A stretch of 64,000 nucleotides of DNA from Clostridia bacterium (GTDB taxonomy: Bacteria; Bacillota; Clostridia; UMGS1883), in NCBI GenBank assembly GCA_051866635.1, contig JBJDXJ010000026.1, positions 1 through 64,000 on the forward strand, in the 5' to 3' direction. The notes under the pieces are model-generated. The model saw nothing but the letters and a program-made list of their open reading frames with translations. It was not told the origin of the DNA and did no database searches. Each line of letters begins with the position of its first letter. Position 1 is the stretch's first letter. Shown here piece by piece: positions 1 to 8,793 of this stretch. Position numbers and translations under genes: made by a program.

Positions 1-84
1 CCGTGTTTCACCAAAAGCTGCGTTATATATACCGGAGAAGCAGTCATATTCAAACTTCCGTCTGGGCTGATAAAATGAATACTA

Positions 85-294
85 TCATAAAAATCCAAGA
101 GCTCTTTCATCAATGTCGGGAAGACCCAAATCAAGGAGTATTATGTCAGGATTATGTGAGGACGCCTGCATAATTGCATCGGTTCCGTCATTAGCAGTTA
201 AGAACTTATAATCATGTGCTTTCAGGGTTGTTGTTATGAGATTTCTTATAGGCAAATCATCCTCAACAACCAATACGGTAATTACTTTATTCAA
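85..294 (-). pseudogene. kdpE: Truncated KdpE/OmpR-family response regulator (N-terminal half of the receiver domain only)
   Basis: VLVVEDD...PDIILLDLGLPDID is a typical KdpE receiver start and overlaps the kdpD stop. Similarity ends abruptly after LPDID (ERALGFL*), so there is no remaining receiver or winged-helix domain. Confidence 0.8.
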
Positions 295-2266
295 CTATGT
301 CTACCTCCTTTATTGGCAGTGTGAAGTTAAATGATGCTCCGTGTGGAACATTGTCGCACACAGAAATTTCACCATTGTGAGCAGATATGATAGATTTACA
401 AAGATAAAGACCTAATCCAAGGCTTCTTCTGCTGTCGGCAATTTTATTGGCACCGCTGTAAAACATGTCAAATACTTTTGTTTTTGCATCGTCCGGAATA
501 CCGGGGCCGTTATCTGCAATACATACGCTGAGCATATTTCCCTGTCTTTGAGTGCTTATTGTTATTTCAGAACCTGTAGGGGTGTACTTTATTGCATTGT
601 CAACTATATTAATAATAACCTGCACAATAAGCCTTGCATCCACCTCCACAAGAACAATATCATCGTTGTCACAAACTGTTATATAGTGACCTGTACTGCG
701 TTTGTTTATATGGTTTAACGCTTCTGAAATAATCTCATCCATTAATTCGGCTGATTTATTCAGCTTAACATATCCGTCTTCAAGCCTTGTAACGGATAAA
801 AGATTTTCAACAAGATTGTTAAGCCACATGGAATCATTATATATATCGGTATATATCTGCTTTTTAGTATTCTCGTCAAAGGTATTACCGTTTGAAAGAA
901 GATTATCGGCATTACCTGAAATAGATGTTAGGGGCGTTCTTAAATCGTGGGAAATTGCACGCAAAAGATTTGCCCTTAACTGCTCGTTTTTTGCAAGGAT
1001 AGCTGCCGCTTCCTTTTCCCTTGCATTTTTTTCGTTTTCAAGACTGATGGCACATTCGCCCAATATTGAAAGAAGTACGCTGTTTTCAAAAGAATCAAGG
1101 GTATCATTATTTATTTCGATACCAACCACGCCATAAACAACAGCATTAACCCTTATAGCTAAATAAAGGCATTTTGCATAGGAAAAAGTATCTGTTGTTG
1201 CCCCTGCCTGATGGTTATTATCCAAAACCCACAATGCAACATTCTTTTCCTTTTTTGCAAGCTCTGCTATATCAGTATCATCCCCATCTACGTTGTAACT
1301 GTAGGGATTTTCCAAACTTCCGTTTTCGCAAGGAAAAATAAATATATTTCTTCTAAGAAGTTTTACAAGCTGATTTGCAGTAAATGCTATAATCTGCTCT
1401 TTTCCGTCTGCCCTTTGAAGAATCTGGTTAGTGTCAAACAGTATCTTCGTACGGTAAGCCGCCTGAGCAGACTGCTTTGCATTGTTCTTTAGCCTGATGG
1501 CAATGGTACTCGATATAAACGCCGATATAAACATTATAATAAATGTTACAGGATATCCGTTTCCGTATGCCTTTAAGGTAAAATGCGGAACAGTAAAGAA
1601 AAAATTGAAAAGTATTACACTTACAACAGATGACAAAAGGCTGTATGCTCTGTGTTTTGTAAGTATTGAAATAAGCATTACACCTAAAATGTAAACTGTA
1701 ATTATGTTTGCCTCGGTAAAACCGCACTTAAAAAAGAGATACCCCAATAAGGTGGCAAGAATCAACATTCCCACACTTACCACAAGGTCACTTAAGGATA
1801 TTCTGAATTTGTTCCGATTTTTATTTTGAGGCGTTTTGTGTCCGGGAATTTCTATACCATCGGGGATGATATGTATATCAATATTCGGGGCATGAGCAAT
1901 CAACTTATCCGTAAGTGTGGGTTTTCTTATTATGTTCTTTTTCACAACAGAGCTTCTGCCGATAACTATTTTTGTTACACCTGAAAGCCGTGCAAATTCC
2001 GCAATCTGGTACGGAACATCATCACCGCAGACAGTTTCAACCTTGGCACCAAGCTTCTGTGCCAGCTTCATGTTTTGTCTGAGCCTTTCTTTATCAGTTT
2101 CGTCAGTTGTAGAAAAATCAGGTGTTTCAATATACAGAGCAGTAAAACTCCCTTTAAATGCATCAGCCATTTTTGCCGCAGTTTTTATGATTTTAGGGTT
2201 TGAAGGTGCAGAAGAAAGGCAGACAAGTATATGTTCGTCTTTTTCTGTATTAAATTCTGTATTCAA
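287..2266 (-). CDS. kdpD: KdpD-like sensor histidine kinase (Usp - 4TM - GAF - HisKA - HATPase), lacking the N-terminal KdpD domain
   Basis: Usp region (ILVCLSS...FTALY), four TM helices, H-box SHDLRTPLTSI, N-box NAIKY, G boxes DNGPGI and GLGLYLCK. Confidence 0.9.
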   Translation of the reverse strand: MNTEFNTEKDEHILVCLSSAPSNPKIIKTAAKMADAFKGSFTALYIETPDFSTTDETDKERLRQNMKLAQKLGAKVETVCGDDVPYQIAEFARLSGVTKIVIGRSSVVKKNIIRKPTLTDKLIAHAPNIDIHIIPDGIEIPGHKTPQNKNRNKFRISLSDLVVSVGMLILATLLGYLFFKCGFTEANIITVYILGVMLISILTKHRAYSLLSSVVSVILFNFFFTVPHFTLKAYGNGYPVTFIIMFISAFISSTIAIRLKNNAKQSAQAAYRTKILFDTNQILQRADGKEQIIAFTANQLVKLLRRNIFIFPCENGSLENPYSYNVDGDDTDIAELAKKEKNVALWVLDNNHQAGATTDTFSYAKCLYLAIRVNAVVYGVVGIEINNDTLDSFENSVLLSILGECAISLENEKNAREKEAAAILAKNEQLRANLLRAISHDLRTPLTSISGNADNLLSNGNTFDENTKKQIYTDIYNDSMWLNNLVENLLSVTRLEDGYVKLNKSAELMDEIISEALNHINKRSTGHYITVCDNDDIVLVEVDARLIVQVIINIVDNAIKYTPTGSEITISTQRQGNMLSVCIADNGPGIPDDAKTKVFDMFYSGANKIADSRRSLGLGLYLCKSIISAHNGEISVCDNVPHGASFNFTLPIKEVDIVE

Positions 2267-2300
2267 ACAAGCACCCCCATAAAAGTAAGATTACCGAATT

Positions 2301-2329
2301 ATTATACATTGTTTTCAAACTTTTCTCAA
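2301..2329 (-). promoter_or_regulatory. sigma-A promoter for kdpDE
   Basis: TTGAGA-17bp-TATAAT on the minus strand, about 35 nt upstream of the kdpD start. Confidence 0.6.
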
Positions 2330-2358
2330 TGAATTATTTATATTTTTTTGTTTTCTAT

Positions 2359-2487
2359 TTACTTTTCACCCTCATCATAGTCGGTTCCTTTGTAGTTTTC
2401 GTCAAAAAATCCTCCGATTTTTCCTACAACAAAAAATCCTGCTATTATACATATTATAAAACATATAAGTAAAATAACATCCCGCAT
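2359..2487 (-). CDS. Small 42-aa single-pass membrane protein (not in the ORF track)
   Basis: GGAG RBS, then MRDVILLICFIICIIAGFFVVGKIGGFFDENYKGTDYDEGEK*. Hydrophobic N-terminal half, acidic tail, co-oriented 33 nt downstream of ktrA. Confidence 0.65.
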   Translation of the reverse strand: MRDVILLICFIICIIAGFFVVGKIGGFFDENYKGTDYDEGEK

Positions 2488-2520
2488 AGCATCATCTCCA
2501 AATTTGAAGGCTATATTATG

Positions 2521-3168
2521 CTATATATGGAAGCACTTCTGTATATCCTTATGCTCTCCCAAAACAAGCATTGTCTGTCCTTCTCCCAAAACTGTATCAG
2601 AATGGATTGTTAAGTTAAGCTTGCCCTGTGTCTTTATTGCCATGATATTTATTCCGAATTTCTTACGAATGTCAATCTGTCCTATTGTCTTTCCAATCCA
2701 GTTTTCAGGCGTTGTTACTTCAAAGAGAGCAAACTCATCATCAAGCTTGATAAAATCAAGAATGTGATCTGAACTGTAGCGGATTGCCGCCCATCTTGCA
2801 ACTTGCTTTTCAGGGTAAATAACTTCGTCTGCACCGTTACGACGCAAGAATTTTTCCTGCACATCTCGCTCTGCTCTTGAAACAACAAACTTTGCACCAA
2901 TCTCCTTTAAAAGGGAGGTTGTTTCAAGAGAGCTCTGAAAATCTCTGCCGATTGTAACAAAGCAAATATCGTAATTGCTTACACCAAGTGACCTGAGAAA
3001 CTCCTCGTTGGTACTGTCACCTATTTGTGCATTTGTTACATAAGGTAAAATTTTGTCGACTCTTTCTTCAAGCTTATCTATTGCCATCACCTGATGACCA
3101 AGCTCATTAAGTTTTTTTGCTATATGTCTGCCAAACCTTCCGATTCCGATAAGTAATACGGATTTCAT
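2521..3168 (-). CDS. ktrA: KtrA/TrkA potassium uptake regulatory subunit (RCK_N + RCK_C)
   Basis: GxGRFG nucleotide-binding motif, VIYPE hinge, RCK_C with GKTIGQIDIRKKFGINIMAIK. Confidence 0.9.
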   Translation of the reverse strand: MKSVLLIGIGRFGRHIAKKLNELGHQVMAIDKLEERVDKILPYVTNAQIGDSTNEEFLRSLGVSNYDICFVTIGRDFQSSLETTSLLKEIGAKFVVSRAERDVQEKFLRRNGADEVIYPEKQVARWAAIRYSSDHILDFIKLDDEFALFEVTTPENWIGKTIGQIDIRKKFGINIMAIKTQGKLNLTIHSDTVLGEGQTMLVLGEHKDIQKCFHI

Positions 3169-3180
3169 ATGTACTCCTCC

Positions 3181-4509
3181 TTAACCTACAGTGATTCTTT
3201 CCTGAGGTTTTTTTGATAAATTTTTATGTGCAGAAGATATTGTCGCAAATATGATTGTAAGCCCGCCTACTCTGCCGAAAAACATCAATAACATAAGAAC
3301 TATTCGTGAGATTATACCAAGTGACGGTGTAATACCTAACGTAAGTCCCACAGTACCTATAGCAGATGCCGATTCAAACATACAATCAATCAAAGGCAAG
3401 TTTTCCACTCCGCTTATTATAAGTCCACCGGACAAGAACAGCACAATATACATTAAAAGTATTGCGGATGCATTTTTAATGGCGGAATCTGCAATTCTTC
3501 TGTCAAAGCACTCAACATCATCTTTTCTTCTGAAAACTGATATTGCAGAAAATATCAATACTGCCGCAGTTGTTGTTTTCATACCGCCTGCAGTAGAACC
3601 CGGTGAACCACCTATAAGCATAAGTATAATGGTAACTGTGTGACCTATGCTGCTAACACTCGTCATATCCACCGTGTTAAAACCGGCAGTTCTCGGGGTT
3701 ACGGACTGAAACAATGATGCAAGAACACGACTTGTTCCACATATTTTGCTAAACTCTCCGAAATAAAAATATATTGCCGGAACAATTATAAGAAAAAGGG
3801 TTGTTGAAAGTACAACCTTTGTCTGCATACGGTATTTCTTTATATGGTGCTTGTTGGTGACTATATCTTCCCACACTAAGAAGCCTATACCGCCGACTAT
3901 AATAAGAAGCATTATAACAATATTTACAATTGGGTGTGTAGAATAAGTTGTCAGAGATGAAAACTTTGAAACCTGTCCCATCAGGTCAAATCCCGCATTA
4001 CAAAACGCAGATACGGAATGAAAGAATGCCATCCATAACCCCTTTATTTTAAATTCCTTACAAAATACAGAAGAAAGCAAAACTGTACCGATAATTTCGA
4101 TGATAAATGTTGATTTTAATATAAAACCCGTAAGCTTTACTATACCGCCAACCTTCGGTGCTGAAATTGCATCCTGCAGGGTGCTTCGTTGCATAAGACC
4201 GATTTTTTTCCCTGCAATCATCGCCATAGCTACCGACACTGTTACAACTCCAAGCCCGCCTATCTGGATAAGGAGAAGTATTATTGCCTGACCGAAGGTA
4301 GACCAGTATGTTGCAGTATCATGTACTACAAGACCGGTTACACATACCGCCGATGTGGCTGTGAATAATGCATCGGAAAAAGGTGTCAGATGTCCACTTG
4401 CAGATGAAATCGGGAGCATTAAAATCAACGTGCCTAATAAAATAGCACCGGCAAAACCGAATATAATAACCTGTGATGAAGAAAGATGTTTTTTTATTCC
4501 TGAATCCAT
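3181..4509 (-). CDS. ktrB: KtrB/TrkH potassium uptake membrane subunit
   Basis: Four selectivity-filter motifs SAVCVTGL, SAFCNAGF, TPRTAGF, SAIGTVGL, plus GGSPGSTAGG. The start could alternatively be GTG 4521. Confidence 0.92.
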   Translation of the reverse strand: MDSGIKKHLSSSQVIIFGFAGAILLGTLILMLPISSASGHLTPFSDALFTATSAVCVTGLVVHDTATYWSTFGQAIILLLIQIGGLGVVTVSVAMAMIAGKKIGLMQRSTLQDAISAPKVGGIVKLTGFILKSTFIIEIIGTVLLSSVFCKEFKIKGLWMAFFHSVSAFCNAGFDLMGQVSKFSSLTTYSTHPIVNIVIMLLIIVGGIGFLVWEDIVTNKHHIKKYRMQTKVVLSTTLFLIIVPAIYFYFGEFSKICGTSRVLASLFQSVTPRTAGFNTVDMTSVSSIGHTVTIILMLIGGSPGSTAGGMKTTTAAVLIFSAISVFRRKDDVECFDRRIADSAIKNASAILLMYIVLFLSGGLIISGVENLPLIDCMFESASAIGTVGLTLGITPSLGIISRIVLMLLMFFGRVGGLTIIFATISSAHKNLSKKPQERITVG

Positions 4510-4568
4510 AGAAAGACCCACCGTTCCCTTTATACATTTAGCTTTACTTCATTTTAACCGAATATTAT

Positions 4569-4614
4569 TTAAGATTGTGTTAACGCTTAAGGTACAACAT
4601 TAAGATTGTATTAA
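4569..4614. promoter_or_regulatory. Tandem direct repeats, putative OmpR-family (KdpE) binding sites upstream of ktrBA
   Basis: TTAAGATTGTGTTAA (4569-4583) and TTAAGATTGTATTAA (4600-4614), 31-bp period, each TTAA-N7-TTAA. Confidence 0.55.
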
Positions 4615-4673
4615 AATCCAATCACCACATAAAAGAAAAGAGAGGCTCTAAAAAGTCTCTAAAGAAATAAGTT

Positions 4674-4766
4674 AGACCATTTGGGACAGTCCCCCTTATG
4701 GCAAATTGGGAGACAATTTGCCAAAGAAACCTCTAAAGGTTTGTTGGGACAGTCCCGAAATGGTCT
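4674..4766. repeat. ~90-bp multi-hairpin palindromic element (REP/MITE-like)
   Basis: Outer imperfect IR AGACCATTTGGGACAGTCCC ... GGGACAGTCCCGAAATGGTCT encloses hairpins GGCAAATTG/CAATTTGCC and AAACCT/AGGTTT. Confidence 0.6.
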
Positions 4767-4827
4767 TTTTGTTATATCAGTGTTGACTTTTTTTACAACC
4801 CCTTATACTGAAAACTTATTTATTTTA

Positions 4828-6072
4828 TCATGATGCACATTTGGCACATGGTGTAAGATTAGCTTTAATAGCTTTTTCAAGCGTCGTTTCAAAGCTGTTC
4901 TTACCACCGCATTCTTTATCAAAATGGTATCTTTTGCCTGTAGGTGTTATGTATACAGAAACGGATTGATAATTTTCATCACCTGTTTTTTCATTTTCAG
5001 ACGAGTGATTTTCACCTGTCATATAGTCAATTACAATATCAGGCTGAACATTGTAACAGTAGACACAAAACATTATCCCCTCGCCTCTATCTTCTACAGA
5101 GTAGGCTTCAATAAGAACGCCGTCTGCCAAAAGGTTGTCATTTGAAAATACAGGTGTAACACGGTACATCACCCTGTTACCTGTTTCAGTTATATAATCT
5201 GCAACCGCATTTTCAAAGGGAAGCATACCTTCAATATTCAAATATCTTGTGCCTGTAATAAGGTTCTTTTCATTTGCATTTTCACCCGTCAGCTGAAACG
5301 CTATTAAATGGCATCTGTTGTAAAGGTATTCACCCTCCACATTTTCGTAGGTATTGTTTATCCAGCCTGTGGGCGTTACAGAGCTTATGCTTTTTCTGGC
5401 TTCTATTGGCATCAAATCTGTTGTCAGTGAGGCAAAACAGACATCACATCTGCCTAAATTGTCAAGTTCACTGTAATATTCAAAGGAAGCGGTTATAATT
5501 TCGTAATCCTTAAAAAATGGCTTGTTGTCGTTGATTTTTACGTAAGCATCACCAAAATATTCCGGAACTGCATTTATAAGATAATTATACTCTTCCTCAT
5601 CAAAGCCGTTCTTTATTATAAATACGGTTTTTGTGTCATTATCCCATGCAACAGCCAGATTAAAGCTTTCAGCCACAAAACGGATAGGTAGCATTGTCCG
5701 TTCATTTATAACAGTAGGTACAACATCCAACATTTCTGCTTTACCGTTAAGGTATGCAATACTACTGTCAATTGACAGTAGTACCGTGTCATCTTCCATA
5801 GATAAAATCACCGAACGTGTACTGTTATCCCAATTTGCACCTCCACCAAATGCTTCAACAATTGCCCTTATTGGAACTAATGTACGTCCGTCTACAATAA
5901 GAGGCACGGTACCACGTCCTTCGTCAATTTCTTCGTTTACACCGTTTATCTGCATTATTGGATTGTCAATCTGTAAGCTGACTATTACATCCTCACAATT
6001 AGCTGAAGCTGAAATGAAACATGCAAGGAATACACATATGAAAAATGTCGTAATTGCAATTCGTTTTTTCAT
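4828..6072 (-). CDS. Secreted DNA/RNA non-specific endonuclease with copper-amine-oxidase-like N-terminal domain and C-terminal Cys/His metal-binding motif
   Basis: Signal peptide; GRTLVPIRAIVE and ERTMLPIRFVAE CAO-N repeats; EndA-like core YNRCHLI...NLITGTRYLN...YRVTP; C-terminal YITPTGKRYH..C...PCAKC. Confidence 0.85.
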   Translation of the reverse strand: MKKRIAITTFFICVFLACFISASANCEDVIVSLQIDNPIMQINGVNEEIDEGRGTVPLIVDGRTLVPIRAIVEAFGGGANWDNSTRSVILSMEDDTVLLSIDSSIAYLNGKAEMLDVVPTVINERTMLPIRFVAESFNLAVAWDNDTKTVFIIKNGFDEEEYNYLINAVPEYFGDAYVKINDNKPFFKDYEIITASFEYYSELDNLGRCDVCFASLTTDLMPIEARKSISSVTPTGWINNTYENVEGEYLYNRCHLIAFQLTGENANEKNLITGTRYLNIEGMLPFENAVADYITETGNRVMYRVTPVFSNDNLLADGVLIEAYSVEDRGEGIMFCVYCYNVQPDIVIDYMTGENHSSENEKTGDENYQSVSVYITPTGKRYHFDKECGGKNSFETTLEKAIKANLTPCAKCAS

Positions 6073-6108
6073 TTTTATCACCAAAATCCAAGTCGTTTTA
6101 AAATTTTA

Positions 6109-6136
6109 AAAAGGGAGCCTTTCTTAGCTCCCTTTT
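6109..6136 (-). terminator. Intrinsic terminator after nadA
   Basis: AAAAGGGAGC/GCTCCCTTTT inverted repeat with a U-tract on the minus strand. Confidence 0.7.
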
Positions 6137-6141
6137 ATGTA

Positions 6142-7059
6142 TCAGTTACCAAATTCTATCATTTTGTCAATGCATCTTCGAGCTTTCTTTATAGTATCAT
6201 CGTCAAGCTCTATCACTTCGCCGCCATCTCCTTGAAGTATGTTATAAACATCAACAAGAGTTGTTACCTTCATATCGGGGCATATCAGCTTAGGTGACAG
6301 AACATAGAACTTCTTATCGGTACATTCAAACTGCAAAAATTCAGCAATTGCAATTTCGGTGCCGATAATAAACTCTTTTGCGTCACTCTTTTTTGCATAA
6401 TCGATAATAGCCGTTGTGGAACCTACAAAATCCGCCTGTGCCACAACCTGAGGAATACACTCAGGATGCACCAAAAACTTGGCATCAGGGTGCTTCCTTT
6501 TTGCCTCTCTTGCTTCCTCCCCGGTAATTCTGCCATGGATTGGACAACCGCCGTGAAGGAGCTTAAATGTTTTATCCGGCACGTTCTTTGCCACAAAACT
6601 GCCTAAATTGCAATCAGGGATGAAAAGGATTTTATCATTGGGGATATTCTTCACAATCTGTACAGCAGATGCACTTGTAACGCACACATCACAGATTGTC
6701 TTTAACTGTGCAGTTGTATTGATATAAGCAACAACTGCATAATCAGGATAATTTTTCTTAACTGATTCAATGTATTCACGGCTCATCTGTTCTGCCATGG
6801 GGCAGCCTGCAATGGGAGAGGACAAAATAACAGTTTTATCAGGGGAAAGTATCTTAACTGTTTCAGCCATAAACCTTACACCGCACATGATAACTGTTTT
6901 TGCATCTGTCTTAGAAGCCATAACACTAAGCTGGTAACTATCCCCCGTAAAATCGGCAATTTCGGTAATGCTCTTTGCCTGATAGCTGTGAGCCAGAATA
7001 CAAACATCTTTTTCTTTTTTTAAACGGAGAATTTCGTCACGGATAGTTAAAATGTCCAT
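6142..7059 (-). CDS. nadA: Quinolinate synthase
   Basis: ILAHSYQ, GDS, CGVRFMAET, AGCPMA, YINTTA, VHPEC, CPDMK motifs (three Fe-S cysteines). Confidence 0.95.
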   Translation of the reverse strand: MDILTIRDEILRLKKEKDVCILAHSYQAKSITEIADFTGDSYQLSVMASKTDAKTVIMCGVRFMAETVKILSPDKTVILSSPIAGCPMAEQMSREYIESVKKNYPDYAVVAYINTTAQLKTICDVCVTSASAVQIVKNIPNDKILFIPDCNLGSFVAKNVPDKTFKLLHGGCPIHGRITGEEAREAKRKHPDAKFLVHPECIPQVVAQADFVGSTTAIIDYAKKSDAKEFIIGTEIAIAEFLQFECTDKKFYVLSPKLICPDMKVTTLVDVYNILQGDGGEVIELDDDTIKKARRCIDKMIEFGN

Positions 7060-7079
7060 AATGAACTCCTTTCAATATA

Positions 7080-7520
7080 TCAGTGTTCGCCGTGGGCATC
7101 ACATTGACCGCAGGATGCACAGTCAGGGAACATTGTCTTATCATATTCAATACCGTTTTTGTCGTAATAATCCTTGATTGCCGCCTTAATTGCCTCTTCC
7201 GCAAGAACAGAACAATGGATTTTCTGAGCAGGAAGACCGCCTAAAGCGTCTACAACCTCTTTGTTTGAAAGCTTCAATGCTTCTTCTACTGTTTTGCCCA
7301 TAATCATTTCAGTAGAAATACTGCTTGCGGCAATTGCACTTCCGCATCCAAAAGTTTCAAATTTAACATCCTTAATAATATTATCTTCAATCTTAAGATA
7401 AATCTTCATAATATCGCCACACTTTACATTGCCAACTTCGCCTACTCCGTCAGCATTTTCAATGCAGCCTACATTTCTGGGATTAGTAAAATGGTCCATT
7501 ACCTTTTCAGTGTATAACAT
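7080..7520 (-). CDS. iscU: Fe-S scaffold protein IscU/NifU
   Basis: Y..KVMDHF.NPRN, CGD, GCGSAIA, KIHCS. Start taken at ATG 7520 (MLYTEK) behind a GGAAG-rich RBS. Confidence 0.93.
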   Translation of the reverse strand: MLYTEKVMDHFTNPRNVGCIENADGVGEVGNVKCGDIMKIYLKIEDNIIKDVKFETFGCGSAIAASSISTEMIMGKTVEEALKLSNKEVVDALGGLPAQKIHCSVLAEEAIKAAIKDYYDKNGIEYDKTMFPDCASCGQCDAHGEH

Positions 7521-8697
7521 ATTCTCTTCTTCCTTCCTGCAAATCACGCCATACGGGTGACATATTTCTGAGTGTTTCAACAACTTTGGGTACAACAGTC
7601 AATATATGGTCTATTTCCTCATCTGTATTGTAATGAGAAAGTGAAAGCCTTAAAGAACCGTGTGCAATATCGTGGGGACGACCGATTGCCAGAAGTACAT
7701 GGCTTGGGTCAAGGGAGCCTGATGTGCAGGCAGAACCCGAAGATGCACAAACGCCCATGGCATCAAGTCTTAATAAAAGTGCTTCACCTTCAATAGCTTC
7801 AAAGCAAATATGAACATTACCCGGAAGCCTTGATTTACTATCACCGTTTAAAATTGAATGAGGAACCTTAAGAAGCCCTTCAATTAATCTGTCACGCATT
7901 TTTGTAAGTTTTTCGGCATTTTTATCAATATTTTCGCATGCCTCACTAAATGCCGCCGCCATGCCCATAATTGCAGGTAAGTTTTCCGTACCGGCACGCT
8001 TACCACGCTCCTGTGCACCGCCTTCAATTATGTTTGAAAGAAGTATGCCTCTTCTTGCATAAAGAACACCTACACCCTTAGGGCCATGGAACTTGTGAGC
8101 TGAAAGTGAAAGCATATCAATATTCTGCTCTTTTACATTAATTTTGATATGACCTGCCGCCTGAACAGCATCAGTATGGAAAAGTACACCTTTTTCCTTA
8201 CAAACCGCACCAATTTCGGAAATGGGCATAACGGAACCAATCTCGTTATTTGCGTACATAACTGTAACAAGACATGTGTCATCCCTTATGGCGTCCTTTA
8301 CCTGCTCCGCTGTTACCATACCGTTTTCATGAACATCTAAAAGTTCAATTTCAAACCCTTGCTTTTCAAGCTTTTTCAAGGTATGAAGCACTGCATGATG
8401 TTCAAAAGCAGTTGAAATAATGTGCTTTTTATTCTTTTTTGCACCTATGTTTGCGGCAGAAATGATAGCCTGATTATCAGCCTCACTGCCACCTGATGTA
8501 AAAATAATTTCAAAGGGCTCACATCCGAGGAATTTTGCCATGGTACATCTTGCACTGTCCAGATGCTCCTTTGCTTCCTGTCCTACCGAATGGAGGCTCG
8601 AAGGATTGCCGTAAACCTTATCCATGTAAGGCAACATAGCTTTTATAGCCGTTTCACTCATGCAAGTTGTTGCGGCATTGTCTGCATAAACTCTCAT
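7507..8697 (-). CDS. iscS: Cysteine desulfurase IscS/NifS
   Basis: DNAATT, HTDAVQ, SAHKFHGPKG (PLP lysine), SSGSACTS catalytic Cys loop. Confidence 0.95.
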   Translation of the reverse strand: MRVYADNAATTCMSETAIKAMLPYMDKVYGNPSSLHSVGQEAKEHLDSARCTMAKFLGCEPFEIIFTSGGSEADNQAIISAANIGAKKNKKHIISTAFEHHAVLHTLKKLEKQGFEIELLDVHENGMVTAEQVKDAIRDDTCLVTVMYANNEIGSVMPISEIGAVCKEKGVLFHTDAVQAAGHIKINVKEQNIDMLSLSAHKFHGPKGVGVLYARRGILLSNIIEGGAQERGKRAGTENLPAIMGMAAAFSEACENIDKNAEKLTKMRDRLIEGLLKVPHSILNGDSKSRLPGNVHICFEAIEGEALLLRLDAMGVCASSGSACTSGSLDPSHVLLAIGRPHDIAHGSLRLSLSHYNTDEEIDHILTVVPKVVETLRNMSPVWRDLQEGRREYVIH

Positions 8698-8740
8698 AAT
8701 CTATATTCCTTTCACTTGCTATTCGTATACTGTCCACAAA

Positions 8741-8776
8741 ATTATATTGCAATAAACCTAGTTTGTCAATAGGTTT
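8741..8776 (-). promoter_or_regulatory. Consensus sigma-A promoter of iscS-iscU-nadA overlapped by a palindromic Rrf2-type operator
   Basis: TTGACA-17-TATAAT on the minus strand (8769-8741). The IR AAACCTA-N9-TAGGTTT (8754-8776) covers the -35 box. Confidence 0.75.
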
Positions 8777-8793
8777 TACAAACTTTGTAGATT

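Noticed and set aside
4620-4800. c-di-AMP (ydaO) riboswitch upstream of ktrBA
   Set aside because: Expected from context, but the conserved ydaO segments are not recognisable on either strand. The structure present is a symmetric palindrome.
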